A stretch of 27,314 nt of DNA from Candidatus Bathyarchaeum sp. (GTDB lineage Archaea; Thermoproteota; Bathyarchaeia; Bathyarchaeales; Bathyarchaeaceae): NCBI GenBank assembly GCA_026014495.1, contig JAOZIF010000106.1, positions 1 through 27,314 of the forward strand, given 5' to 3'. Position numbers and translations under genes: made by a program. Below are positions 1 to 9,200 of this stretch, piece after piece. Numbering within the stretch: the first letter of the stretch is position 1; each line of letters opens with the position of its first letter. Below the pieces are notes generated by a model, which saw only the letters and a program-made list of their open reading frames with translations, had not been told where the DNA came from and did not search any database.

Positions 1-144
1 CCTAACAATTTCAGTTATCGCCTTTGCAGCCTGGCCGACTATCTCGTGAAACCTCCGGAATACATAAGTGCCTTCCTTAAAGTTGTTTTGTTCCTTTTTC
101 CACTTATTGTCGCCGAATCCATTGGGGGTGCTTACATAGGACAT
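1..144 (-). CDS. 5' part of a hypothetical protein running off the left edge (MSYVSTPNGFGDNKWKKEQNNFKEGTYVFRRFHEIVGQAAKAITEIVR...)
   Basis: Manual translation: ATG at 144-142 and an open frame to position 1; divergent from the 484 gene across an AT-rich spacer. No family recognised. Confidence 0.5.
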   Translation of the reverse strand, partial: MSYVSTPNGFGDNKWKKEQNNFKEGTYVFRRFHEIVGQAAKAITEIVR

Positions 145-483
145 AAAATCTACTTGCGCGTCAAAAAAGATGCGATAGTAAACACATAGAATCTTCGTGA
201 ATGGCCAGTTAGTATTTTTTTGAAGATTTGTTGCTAAAACAATAATCGGCTCTGTTTCTTAGTCATGAGTTTTTTTGATGTTAAAAAGCGTTTTAATTTG
301 GTCGTGTTTTCATTGATTGTTCGAAAGGGGTGATTACAAAGATTTAATTATAATTATTAGAAATCACGTTATTTAGATTAAGAATTATTTAATACTTTCT
401 AATTATTTGCTTTAATGTATAGAAAAACTTAAATTTTAAACAACTGATAAACACTCCTTAAATTAAAAAAAGGAGAACAAAAA

Positions 484-3078
484 ATGAAAAAACTCGTAAA
501 AAACAAATTGTTATCAATAACTGTGCTTTTTCTGCTTGTGTGCCCAATATTTTTTCTGATGAATTTCAATCTTGCTGCAGCTCAACAAAACAACACTGAC
601 TTACTTCAATATGAATGGCCTAACAACCTAAAAGGTGATATGACCGTAGGCTGGCGTGCAGGAAGTGGACCTGCTCCTGCCTCACAAAATATTTTGTGGG
701 ATTCTAGTCTCGGTTATCCTATGGCTGCCTTTAATGGCTTAGTTTTTCTATCTGGTGGATACGCGGTTGATCCTTGGACGGGAGATCTGGTATATCAGTA
801 TGCAGGTAGTGGCGCAACAAAGATCGATGAAACATACTTTTTTGCTTCAAACGCGGTTTTTGAAACAGCAACTGGAACTAAACTGTTCGCATATGATGTC
901 ATAGCAAATAACTATGATCCTGATTTGGGAATGTTCTGGACTCAAGACAGCCAGACTGGAGGAGGCGGTGGGCCATCAATGATTCGTGCTTGGAACTGGC
1001 CTGACATAACCCAGGCTCCTACATTGGCTTGGGAAAAATTCATACAGGAGAACTACCGAGGAGCTACGCTGATAGTAGAGGACGGTCGAATACTTGTTGG
1101 AACGTTAGAGTCTACAGCTATTGCTTTGGATGCTAAGACTGGGGATTTGCTTTGGGAAACGCCAATGGTTGGTTACATGGCCTATGATGGAGCTTACTAT
1201 GATGGGAAATGGATTCAAGCATCTCAATCTGGTTACATGTACTGTTTTGATGCAGCAACAGGAAATGTCTTATGGACATATGATCCACAGGGATTTTACA
1301 GTTTCTGGTCGTTCACTGGTGCTATTTATGATGGTAAAGTCTACGCTATTAATTGTGATAACCATGTATACGCAATAGACATAGAAACTGGACAGCTTGT
1401 TTGGAAGTGGAAGACTACAGATGGTGGTGTTGGATACCCAACATATACTATTGCAGGTGATGGTAAGGTCTTTGCCTATACTGGGCGTTCAGACTATACC
1501 GATCCAACTACTGGTGAACGATATAAAGAAGAATATGTGTGCTTGGATGCTGATACTGGTGAGTTTCTATGGAAAACACGCTCAACTCTAGGAAGTAACA
1601 GAGACTTTGGTGGACCGCCACGAATATATAACATACTTGCTTATGGCAACCTTTACCTTGGTGACGTTAGAGGTCAAACTGTAGCTTATGGTCCTGAGCA
1701 AGCATGGACTGATTTTCAGGGAAATCCTCAACATACTGGTGAAAGCCTTGCTAATGGACCAGAAGAGTTGAGCCTGAAGTGGACATACGATGCTGGATCA
1801 GGAATATACGGTGCTCCTGCGGCGTACAATGGCAAAATCTATGTTGGTTCAAATGATGGCGTTTTTCATGCTGTTGACCATATGACTGGTGAGCTCGTGT
1901 GGACCTATGAGACTGGTGACGCTATTAAGAATAATCCTGCCATATACGGGGGAAATGTTTATTTCGCTTCTGATGATGGCTATCAATATTGCTTAGACGC
2001 AGATGCTGGAACTCTAGTTTGGAAGACCTATATTGGATCAGATGCTCCCTTTTACTACCATACTTTACAAAGACATACTTCATCACCAACAATTGTAGAC
2101 GGCCTATTGTATGTTGGTTCAAGGAATTTTACTGCTTTCTGTCTTGACGCCGAAACAGGAAATGTTGTTTGGAACTTTGACGCTGGAGGGCTGATTTCTA
2201 ATAACCTTGCTGTAAGCGATGGTGCAGTATATCTTTCAGTAGGTGGACTCTCAGCATGGAAACAAGCGGATACAGGAGGAGATAACGGTACTTTGTATAA
2301 ACTTAATGCAAATACTGGTGCTGTTATTTGGGAAACCGCAATTCCGTATCACAGATACACTGGTAGTGGTCAATTGGTGGGTAGACATTTCCTTGCATCT
2401 CCTGTAGTTGCTGATGGAATTGTTTTCCAAGCTTCAAACGCTTGGGGTACATACGCAATTGATGTGGATACCGGCGAGCAAATATGGTGGTCCAATATTA
2501 CTACTCTTCCTGAACACATTATTACAGCTGCTCTACCCTATGATATTACTCCAGTTTACGTCGATGGCAAAATCTACATAATGGATTTCTTCAGTATTCT
2601 TTGCCGAAATGCTACCAATGGAGACTTGATTTGGTCTCAGTACCTTGGTCATAACTGGCATGGTGGTCCACTCTATGCTGATGGCAAAATATATGTTGCT
2701 AGTGAATTGCAGGTCTGCTATGTTCTTAATGCTGAAACAGGGGAAAAACTTGATTTTGCTGATTGGCAAGCGTTTTGCTGGTCTTCGCCTTGCATCTATG
2801 ATAATAAACTCTATTGGGGAACGGTAGATTGGTTGCTATTCTGTTATGAGCAAACTCCTTACGGTGAAACAACTTACTACGGAACAACTACACTAGGTTC
2901 AGAAATGACTACTGATCTCATGACGTCTGAACTAGAATCAGAGCCTAACGCAGTTGACCTCTCTGTTGAAACAAACGAAACGACCCTAATCACAACAGAA
3001 ACAGCGATTATCGCGACAGTTGTTGTTGCGGCAATTATCGGTGCAGTCAGCTTCTACATTATACGAAAGCGAAAATAA
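484..3078 (+). CDS. Secreted, C-terminally anchored PQQ-like (BamB-type) double beta-propeller protein, 864 aa
   Basis: Signal peptide (MKKLVKNK + hydrophobic run + AAA/QQ); many A.D..TG...W propeller repeats in two blocks, the second opened by WTDFQGNPQHTG; Thr/Glu-rich stalk; C-terminal TM helix plus RKRK; AGGAG RBS at 471-475. Confidence 0.9.
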   Translation: MKKLVKNKLLSITVLFLLVCPIFFLMNFNLAAAQQNNTDLLQYEWPNNLKGDMTVGWRAGSGPAPASQNILWDSSLGYPMAAFNGLVFLSGGYAVDPWTGDLVYQYAGSGATKIDETYFFASNAVFETATGTKLFAYDVIANNYDPDLGMFWTQDSQTGGGGGPSMIRAWNWPDITQAPTLAWEKFIQENYRGATLIVEDGRILVGTLESTAIALDAKTGDLLWETPMVGYMAYDGAYYDGKWIQASQSGYMYCFDAATGNVLWTYDPQGFYSFWSFTGAIYDGKVYAINCDNHVYAIDIETGQLVWKWKTTDGGVGYPTYTIAGDGKVFAYTGRSDYTDPTTGERYKEEYVCLDADTGEFLWKTRSTLGSNRDFGGPPRIYNILAYGNLYLGDVRGQTVAYGPEQAWTDFQGNPQHTGESLANGPEELSLKWTYDAGSGIYGAPAAYNGKIYVGSNDGVFHAVDHMTGELVWTYETGDAIKNNPAIYGGNVYFASDDGYQYCLDADAGTLVWKTYIGSDAPFYYHTLQRHTSSPTIVDGLLYVGSRNFTAFCLDAETGNVVWNFDAGGLISNNLAVSDGAVYLSVGGLSAWKQADTGGDNGTLYKLNANTGAVIWETAIPYHRYTGSGQLVGRHFLASPVVADGIVFQASNAWGTYAIDVDTGEQIWWSNITTLPEHIITAALPYDITPVYVDGKIYIMDFFSILCRNATNGDLIWSQYLGHNWHGGPLYADGKIYVASELQVCYVLNAETGEKLDFADWQAFCWSSPCIYDNKLYWGTVDWLLFCYEQTPYGETTYYGTTTLGSEMTTDLMTSELESEPNAVDLSVETNETTLITTETAIIATVVVAAIIGAVSFYIIRKRK

Positions 3079-3086
3079 ATCCACAA

Positions 3087-3107
3087 TTTTCCCTCCCTTC
3101 TTTTTTT
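3087..3107 (+). terminator. Pyrimidine/oligo-T tract, likely archaeal intrinsic terminator of the propeller gene
   Basis: ttttccctcccttcttttttt begins 8 nt after the TAA stop. Confidence 0.5.
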
Positions 3108-3441
3108 GGGAGTAAAAGACATTGGAAGAAAATGGGGACTGAAAAGGCTTCGGCACAAAAATGGAAATAACTAAAGCAATAGTAGCTGTTTTGTTGTTTT
3201 TCATTTTTTTCTCCTCTTAATGCGCGTGCAGGAGCCTCAGCAAACCCCAATTCTTCATGCAAAACAAAATTTATGCATAGCCTCAGAATATGTTCACTGT
3301 TGAAAAATGCAATATTCGCTTATTATTTCTTCATTCATCAAATTATGTTACAGTGAAAATAAAAACCGTGAATTGTTGAGGTGGTATTGAACACGTTTCA
3401 TTAAGCGTTTACCTTTCAGAAACTGTGCGGTGACTTTAGTT

Positions 3442-4353
3442 TTAGGGTTTGTTTTTGTAACGTTTAATTCTTATAAACGCTGCTAGGGCTACAAACATGC
3501 TGGCTGAAAGCATGATTGTGCCCAATGGGGCTTCGGGGATTACTGAAAAGCCTGTAATTTCTAAGGAATCAACTTGGTCTAGTTGTGCGTCGAAGACTCC
3601 GTCTTGGTCTACGTCCATTACGATGTCGTAGTTTCCTATTATTGTTGGTGGGACCCAAATTTGTATTGTCTGTGTTCCCTGTCCACTGTTCAACGTTACT
3701 GTTTCGATACCGTCAAGAGAAACATCTGTTAGTATGTCACCGTCGTTCCATGTTGATTGCGTGTCTACTACATACAATGACACTGTTTGACCCGCCTCTG
3801 GAACCGTTACATACACAATTTGACCAGAACTAAACGAGTTCTTCACATTACCCAAACCATCAGAAGACCAAATATCACCAACAGGAACATAACCAGAACT
3901 GACTGTGAAGTCTGCGGTGTAGTCGGTGCCGTAATAGTAGAATACGTTATTTTGTACGTTATCTCTGCATTCTACGTAATCAACTGTCCATACTCCAGCT
4001 TCGGCGTATTGTGGTATTGTTACTTCTTTTTCCCATAGGCCTGAAGATGGGTTATAGTCTAGTCCGCCGAATTGTATCCATTGGTCTGCTGTTGGACTTA
4101 GAATGATTGGGAATACACTTTTAGTTCCAGATATGTCGTCTGTGATGTCTGCGTAGATTGTTATGGTTTCTCCGTCATTAACTGTTGATGGTGTAACCCA
4201 TACATCATTCAGAACTGGTGGGGTAACATCTTCTATTGCGTAAACTGTTGTTGTGTTTGTAACTATGTTGAGTACTAATGTTGGCGTTGCAGCTAGCAGT
4301 AGTACTATTATTATGGTGGTTATTGTTTTCATCTTCATTTTCCTTTTCTCCAT
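3442..4353 (-). CDS. Secreted surface protein with two beta-sandwich-like domains and a PEF-CTERM-like sorting tail
   Basis: Signal peptide (MKTITTIIIVLLLAA...VYA); D.TPP.L...D..SG Ig-like module; DVDQDG Ca-binding-like loop; ends VIPEAPLGT + TM helix + RIKRYKNKP. The start may be at a downstream Met. Confidence 0.75.
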   Translation of the reverse strand: MEKRKMKMKTITTIIIVLLLAATPTLVLNIVTNTTTVYAIEDVTPPVLNDVWVTPSTVNDGETITIYADITDDISGTKSVFPIILSPTADQWIQFGGLDYNPSSGLWEKEVTIPQYAEAGVWTVDYVECRDNVQNNVFYYYGTDYTADFTVSSGYVPVGDIWSSDGLGNVKNSFSSGQIVYVTVPEAGQTVSLYVVDTQSTWNDGDILTDVSLDGIETVTLNSGQGTQTIQIWVPPTIIGNYDIVMDVDQDGVFDAQLDQVDSLEITGFSVIPEAPLGTIMLSASMFVALAAFIRIKRYKNKP

Positions 4354-4536
4354 TCCCTAAGCTACGCTGAAGCTTTCAAAGTTAATATTATTCATTATTA
4401 AAGGAATTACGTATTAGTCTTTCTACAACATTCATCTAGAAAATGTAACCCAAAATTCTATATGCCACAAACAGTACCTAAATTGCTTCACAAGTCTTCA
4501 CCAGAACAAAAACATAACCAAATCATCAATAACCTA

Positions 4537-5367
4537 CTATTTGGAGTCTTTTATGCTTCTGATAATTGTTGGAGTGCTGATGTCTATTCCATGCTGGTTG
4601 CATTTTTCTAATACTGTTCGTTTAATTTCTGCATCTATTTCTGGTAACCGCTTAATCTGGTCAATAAAAACATACAAGGTGTACTCGACAGCATAATTCC
4701 CAAACTTGGTAACCCACACATACGCTTTAGGCTCCTTCAAAACGTGATTCATTTCCACTAACTTGTCTGCCGCTTCTAACAATGCAGCTTCAACCTGCTC
4801 TGAAGCCAGCTCATAACCTGCAGTAATCGAGCAGCTTCTCCGCACAACAGTTTCTTTTCCATAATTATCTATCTCATCCTTCAACAATTCTTGGTTGGGA
4901 ATAGAAACCAAAACATTATCCAAAGTACGCATCTTAGTGTAAATCAACTCGATGGCTTCAACATCCGCAAATTGACCCTTAAAGAAAATTCTGTCTCCAA
5001 CCTTGAAGGGACGACTGGTCATAACAATTAAACCTGCAATGGTGTTTCCAATGGTGTTTATTGCAGCAAAACCTATGATGGTTCCTCCAAGAACTGTTAA
5101 CACCCCTGAAAGTTCACCCAACGATACTCCAAACTGAGCCAAAATAACCGCAAAAACCGCCATAAAAATAAGCCACTTCATGATTCGGTTCAATGTGTAA
5201 GCTGCATGCTGCTCAAGCCTATTTTGGGTTCTAAGAGATTTTATCTCTCGTGCAACCAGCTTGATGACAATGTAGCCTACAATGATTGTTATAAACGAAA
5301 ACATGATGTTTTCTAGGTTTGTTAGGGTCCATTCGCCTATTGAATTAATGAAATATACAGTATTCAT
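4537..5367 (-). CDS. mscS: Small-conductance mechanosensitive channel (MscS family)
   Basis: About three N-terminal TM helices; IGFAA...IAGLIV...RPFKVGDRI; IPNQEL motifs. Confidence 0.9.
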   Translation of the reverse strand: MNTVYFINSIGEWTLTNLENIMFSFITIIVGYIVIKLVAREIKSLRTQNRLEQHAAYTLNRIMKWLIFMAVFAVILAQFGVSLGELSGVLTVLGGTIIGFAAINTIGNTIAGLIVMTSRPFKVGDRIFFKGQFADVEAIELIYTKMRTLDNVLVSIPNQELLKDEIDNYGKETVVRRSCSITAGYELASEQVEAALLEAADKLVEMNHVLKEPKAYVWVTKFGNYAVEYTLYVFIDQIKRLPEIDAEIKRTVLEKCNQHGIDISTPTIIRSIKDSK

Positions 5368-5451
5368 AAACTAAAAATTCCCCATGTTTTAATTGTGATA
5401 AATCTTTAAAAGCTTCACCCATCAACCTAGAATACTACAAGTACCTCTGGT

Positions 5452-6420
5452 GTGCCTCAAATGATACTCTACAGTATACCTGTTTTACTTATATCATTGC
5501 TTCTGATAATGCTCATTAGCGACAGACTCATTCGATACGTACTAGTTATATCCAAAACCCTCGGCTTATCCGAAATGGCTGCAGGATTCATCATACTATC
5601 CATCACAACATCTCTACCTGAACTGTCAGTCTCAGTAGTTGCATCCCTAAGCGGTGAAGGCGGACTTTCAGTCGGTAACGTCCTAGGCTCTAACGTCGCA
5701 AACCTCACCATAATCCTTGGATTGGCAATACTAATCGCCAGAAAAGCCATCACCCTCAAAGGACAATCCAACAAAGAACTTGTACAATTCCTATTCATAT
5801 CCTCAATAATCCCCTTGTTCATTGTCCAACGGGGCAGCCTAGACATTGTCTTAGGAATCGTACTCCTAACACTATTCGTTTACTTCGGCATAACAATATC
5901 TCGTAAAACCGAAGCCACAACCGTCATCGATGAGACCCCCAACCAACAAAAAAACGAAAAAATAGCTTTTGTAGTAATCAAATTCTTGATAGGCGTTGGA
6001 CTAATAATACTTCTTTCCAACTTTGCAGTAGACAGCTCAACCGACATCGCAAACTTCATAGGTCTACCCACATCAATAATCGGCGCAACCATAATCGGTC
6101 TTGGAACCTCACTACCCGAACTTGCAACAACAATCCAAGCCCTAAAAAAGGGATTAGTCAACATGGCACTTGGAAACCTGCTCGGAAGCTGCATCACCAA
6201 CATCACCCTTATACTGGGAATTTCATCCCTGTTATCCACTTCCGAAGTGAACGTTGTAGCCGTGCAAAGCATCATGTTCTACGTGCTGATTTCGTCATTA
6301 AGCGTATGGTACATGGTAGGAGCAAGTGAACGGCTAACCAAAAAATCTGCAATATTCCTTTGTGTCATATATGTAATATTTATTCTACAACAAGTGGGAG
6401 TCTCAGCAATTATCTTCTAA
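5452..6420 (+). CDS. Na+/Ca2+ exchanger (CaCA, YrbG/NCX_Mj-like)
   Basis: Two alpha repeats: TTSLPELSVS...GNVLGSNVANL and GTSLPELAT...GNLLGSCITNI; about 10 TM helices. Start is GTG 5452 or ATG 5461. Confidence 0.9.
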   Translation: MPQMILYSIPVLLISLLLIMLISDRLIRYVLVISKTLGLSEMAAGFIILSITTSLPELSVSVVASLSGEGGLSVGNVLGSNVANLTIILGLAILIARKAITLKGQSNKELVQFLFISSIIPLFIVQRGSLDIVLGIVLLTLFVYFGITISRKTEATTVIDETPNQQKNEKIAFVVIKFLIGVGLIILLSNFAVDSSTDIANFIGLPTSIIGATIIGLGTSLPELATTIQALKKGLVNMALGNLLGSCITNITLILGISSLLSTSEVNVVAVQSIMFYVLISSLSVWYMVGASERLTKKSAIFLCVIYVIFILQQVGVSAIIF

Positions 6421-6527
6421 ACAATAAACCTGAATGCAAAAGTGTTTAAACTAAACTACAAACACTTGATTGTTAGAAAACCTAAAAAAGACCTGCACCC
6501 TTCTAAGAATGTGCTGAGGAACTTTTT

Positions 6528-7370
6528 ATGCTTGCTACCCTTCAGGGAGTATTCGAAGATCCAATTCTGATTTTAGAAATAGTCAGTACCGTAATCGGAG
6601 CCTTTGTTATTGTAACAATATTTAACCGGCTAATAGGTAGAATCGAAAAAAGAGGAGAACTAGAAAAAGGAAAACTTGTACATCTCAGAAGATTCTTCCA
6701 GATAATCATATACCTTGTAGCAGGTATCATAGTACTCTCTCTTTTGGATGTCAACATTACAGGAGCAATTGCAGGTCTTGGAGTGGGTGCCTTAGTTATC
6801 GGCTTTGGCTTGAGCGACATAATAGAAAATTGGGTTTCTGGCGTTCTGATAATGTCAGGCAAAACTTTTGCCATCGGTGACGTAATCCGAGTTGGAACCT
6901 TAACAGGTACAGTCACGGACATAGCCCTCAGAACAACCAAACTAACCACTTATGACCGAAACGAGATAATCATCCCAAATGCAGTGCTTATTAAAGAAAA
7001 AATAATCAACCTCACTGGCGGAAAAAAAGAAGCGGTGGCAGAACTAACCTTTGCCATAGACTATACCGCAGATGCTGAAAAAGCCAAATCCATAATAGAA
7101 ACCATACTAAAAAACCACAAATCAGTCATCTTTAACCTGAAAAAGAAAAGAGAAATACGGTTCATTTTCCGCAACAAAGAGTGGACCAACGAAATTGAAA
7201 CCCTGTTTTGGATAAATGAACCCTCCAACGAAGAATTCATTAAATCAAACATTACCGAGTTAATCCAGAAAGCCTTCAAGAATGAATGTATACTGCCTCC
7301 AATTCCTTCACTGATGAGGAGAGAGTATCTAACTGGACAAAAAACACCAAACGACCAACAAACAGAATAG
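6528..7370 (+). CDS. mscS: Second MscS-family mechanosensitive channel
   Basis: GLGVGALVIGFGL...NWVSGVLI...F.IGDVI; LRTTKLTTYDRNEIIIPN. Confidence 0.9.
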   Translation: MLATLQGVFEDPILILEIVSTVIGAFVIVTIFNRLIGRIEKRGELEKGKLVHLRRFFQIIIYLVAGIIVLSLLDVNITGAIAGLGVGALVIGFGLSDIIENWVSGVLIMSGKTFAIGDVIRVGTLTGTVTDIALRTTKLTTYDRNEIIIPNAVLIKEKIINLTGGKKEAVAELTFAIDYTADAEKAKSIIETILKNHKSVIFNLKKKREIRFIFRNKEWTNEIETLFWINEPSNEEFIKSNITELIQKAFKNECILPPIPSLMRREYLTGQKTPNDQQTE

Positions 7371-7700
7371 ATACTAAATTAAGTTCTTGATGTGCGGTTA
7401 TAGTGACATTTTGGGCACGAAAAGAAAACCTGTTTTTTTCCTTTTAGTTTTCGTGTAATCATCTCGGTTTCGCATCTTGGACATTTCATACCAAAGCAAT
7501 CCACACATCGTTATTTTATGTTTTTCTATAACTCTTCATTTCTGTGCTTATGTATAATATATCTGTTTCATGCTGCACAACAAACCCATCGGCAATTGTG
7601 CAGCCAAAACACGACCATCTGTTATTACATAACTATTTTATTTATAAGCACAAACAACATAAAATATTACACAACAAATTCAAACAGGACGTAAATAAAT

Positions 7701-8162
7701 ATGAAACAATACGCCTTCATCGTCTTGAATTTTGAGAAATTCTGGAACAGACTCTGTAGCCAAAACAGAGCAGGTAAAACCAACCACTCTTTTGTCCGCA
7801 GAGGTGTAATGGGTCCCAAAAAAACAGAGAAACTCTTCTTCTATGTGACAGGTCAACGAAAAGATATTTCCGGTTATGCAGACTTCGTTGAACGCGTAAC
7901 TGATGATGCTACAGACATCTGGGAATCTCTTGGACATGAATCGCTGCTGAAATCTTATGCTGAATATAATAACGATTTTTTGCAGGGAAGAAAAAAAGCT
8001 ACATTCGTAAGGTTCAAAAACCTAAAAGAATTTCCAAAACCCGTCAAAATGGAAGCATGGGCACAAATCATCGGGAAACAAAGAATGCCGCAAGGAGGCA
8101 TGTACATAACCAAAAAAATGGCCCACCAACTGCTGTCAGCTGGCGGCGTAGACCATTTTTAG
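7701..8162 (+). CDS. PUA-like (EVE/ASCH/DUF365-like) domain protein
   Basis: LFFYVTG..KDISGYADF strand pair; DIWESLG...EY...F.GRKKATFVRFKNLKEFPKPV resembles archaeal ASCH/PUA-like proteins; ends with P.GG.YI. Confidence 0.55.
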   Translation: MKQYAFIVLNFEKFWNRLCSQNRAGKTNHSFVRRGVMGPKKTEKLFFYVTGQRKDISGYADFVERVTDDATDIWESLGHESLLKSYAEYNNDFLQGRKKATFVRFKNLKEFPKPVKMEAWAQIIGKQRMPQGGMYITKKMAHQLLSAGGVDHF

Positions 8163-8293
8163 CTACATGCCTCAAAAACTATTGTTGAACTGCTAATGCT
8201 CTGGATGTCTGCTGTGTCTTTTTATTGTATGTTATGATGCGCCAACCGAGCCTTCTGCAGCCATGAGTTGGAATAAATATTTCTGATTAAGAA

Positions 8294-8668
8294 ATGTATA
8301 AAGGCGGCTGGGGGTCATTGTTAGCTGAAGTGGTTATTGTGACACGTGTCCGGGTTCAAAAGATTGAATCTACTAAAGATCCTGAAGGCAATCTTGGTAA
8401 GCGCATCGAACTCATTGAGGATCGGGTAATCCCCAAGTTTGCTGTTAGGCCTGCAACAGAAGAGGCGCGAATGGTTCAAGAAGTAATGAAAAGTTTGCAA
8501 CAACAAATTCCAATGCTTGCTACACAAAAAACCCAGTTTGCTCTCCAGAAAATGATTTTGTTTCTAACAGAGAATGAATATGAACGTCTTGGAATTATCT
8601 TTGATGTGAATCAAATTTATGAGCTAGAACTGTCTGGACAATCTATTAGTTTCAAGAAATCATCTTAA
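8294..8668 (+). CDS. Arcadin-1 homolog
   Basis: DPEG..KRIELIE...P; TEEARMVQEVM; KMILFLTENEYERLG.IFDVNQIYELEL match the arcadin-1 pattern as recalled. The true start may be TTG 8318 after GGGGGT. Confidence 0.75.
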   Translation: MYKGGWGSLLAEVVIVTRVRVQKIESTKDPEGNLGKRIELIEDRVIPKFAVRPATEEARMVQEVMKSLQQQIPMLATQKTQFALQKMILFLTENEYERLGIIFDVNQIYELELSGQSISFKKSS

Positions 8669-8748
8669 CCAAGAATCGGTTCGTGTCTGCCGTTCATTTG
8701 TTGCTCTGCTAGTTGCACTGTTGTGTTGGTACTTGGTTGATGAAATAA

Positions 8749-9036
8749 ATGAATGTTAGAGCCCACATTTTTGTAAGTGGTAGAGTCCAGGGCGTATTCT
8801 TTAGAGTAGAGACGCGCCATGAGGCTATGAAACGAAACGTTACTGGTTGGATTCGTAACACATCTGACGGTAAAGTGGAAGCCATCTTTGAGGGTGAGAA
8901 AGAAAATGTGGATGGTCTGATTGACTTTTGTAGAAATGGACCCCCCGAAGCCCGAGTTACCCAACTAGATATTCAATGGGAAGAATACACTGGAGATTTT
9001 AACAATTTTAAAATCCGAAAAGCCGTCATCATCTGA
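8749..9036 (+). CDS. acyP: Acylphosphatase
   Basis: VSGRVQGVFFR and GWIRN..DGKVE signature motifs; GPPEARV. Confidence 0.95.
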   Translation: MNVRAHIFVSGRVQGVFFRVETRHEAMKRNVTGWIRNTSDGKVEAIFEGEKENVDGLIDFCRNGPPEARVTQLDIQWEEYTGDFNNFKIRKAVII

Positions 9037-9089
9037 CGACCTCTCTTTGCTTTCTTATTGTGCTTGACTATAATTTAGAACTGAAAGGA

Positions 9090-9200
9090 GGATGGGGGAC
9101 TTGGCACATGCGCGCGTATGCACCGTCGATCGCTCAAGGAGAGGGTATGTCTCTTGGCGAATGGAGAATAGGGTTTTTTCTCTACGTCCCCTCACCATCC
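9090..9200 (+). ncRNA. Candidate structured RNA (four-way junction), family unknown
   Basis: GC-rich island in an AT-rich spacer; ends pair (GGATG/CATCC and GGGGAC/GTCCCC); three internal hairpins at 9103-9124, 9130-9160 and 9162-9184; G-U pairs favour the + strand. Confidence 0.4.

Noticed and set aside
454-475. CTCCTT-N10-AAGGAG hairpin that could mask the RBS of the propeller gene
   Set aside because: Only 6 bp, and the likely TSS (about 455-465) may exclude the 5' arm; plausible by chance.
484-3078. PQQ-dependent dehydrogenase activity
   Set aside because: Only the generic propeller repeats are visible; no catalytic signatures of quinoprotein dehydrogenases (e.g. vicinal Cys-Cys) were seen.
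3161-3356. Signal-peptide-like mini-ORF (MEITKAIVAVLLFFIFFSS*) with a T7 run that could be a frameshifted or phase-variable gene
   Set aside because: Neither shifted frame gives more than about 65 aa or recognisable protein; the hydrophobicity is explained by T-rich DNA.
7544-7735. 63-aa ORF in the spacer before the PUA-like gene
   Set aside because: Low-complexity AT-rich sequence overlapping the promoter region and start of the next gene; no coding signal.
8300-9100. Near-identical 17-mers AAAGGCGGCTGGGGGTC (8300-8316) and AAAGGAGGATGGGGGAC (9084-9100)
   Set aside because: Only two copies, both purine-rich RBS-like strings; no spacer array or terminal-repeat element is evident.
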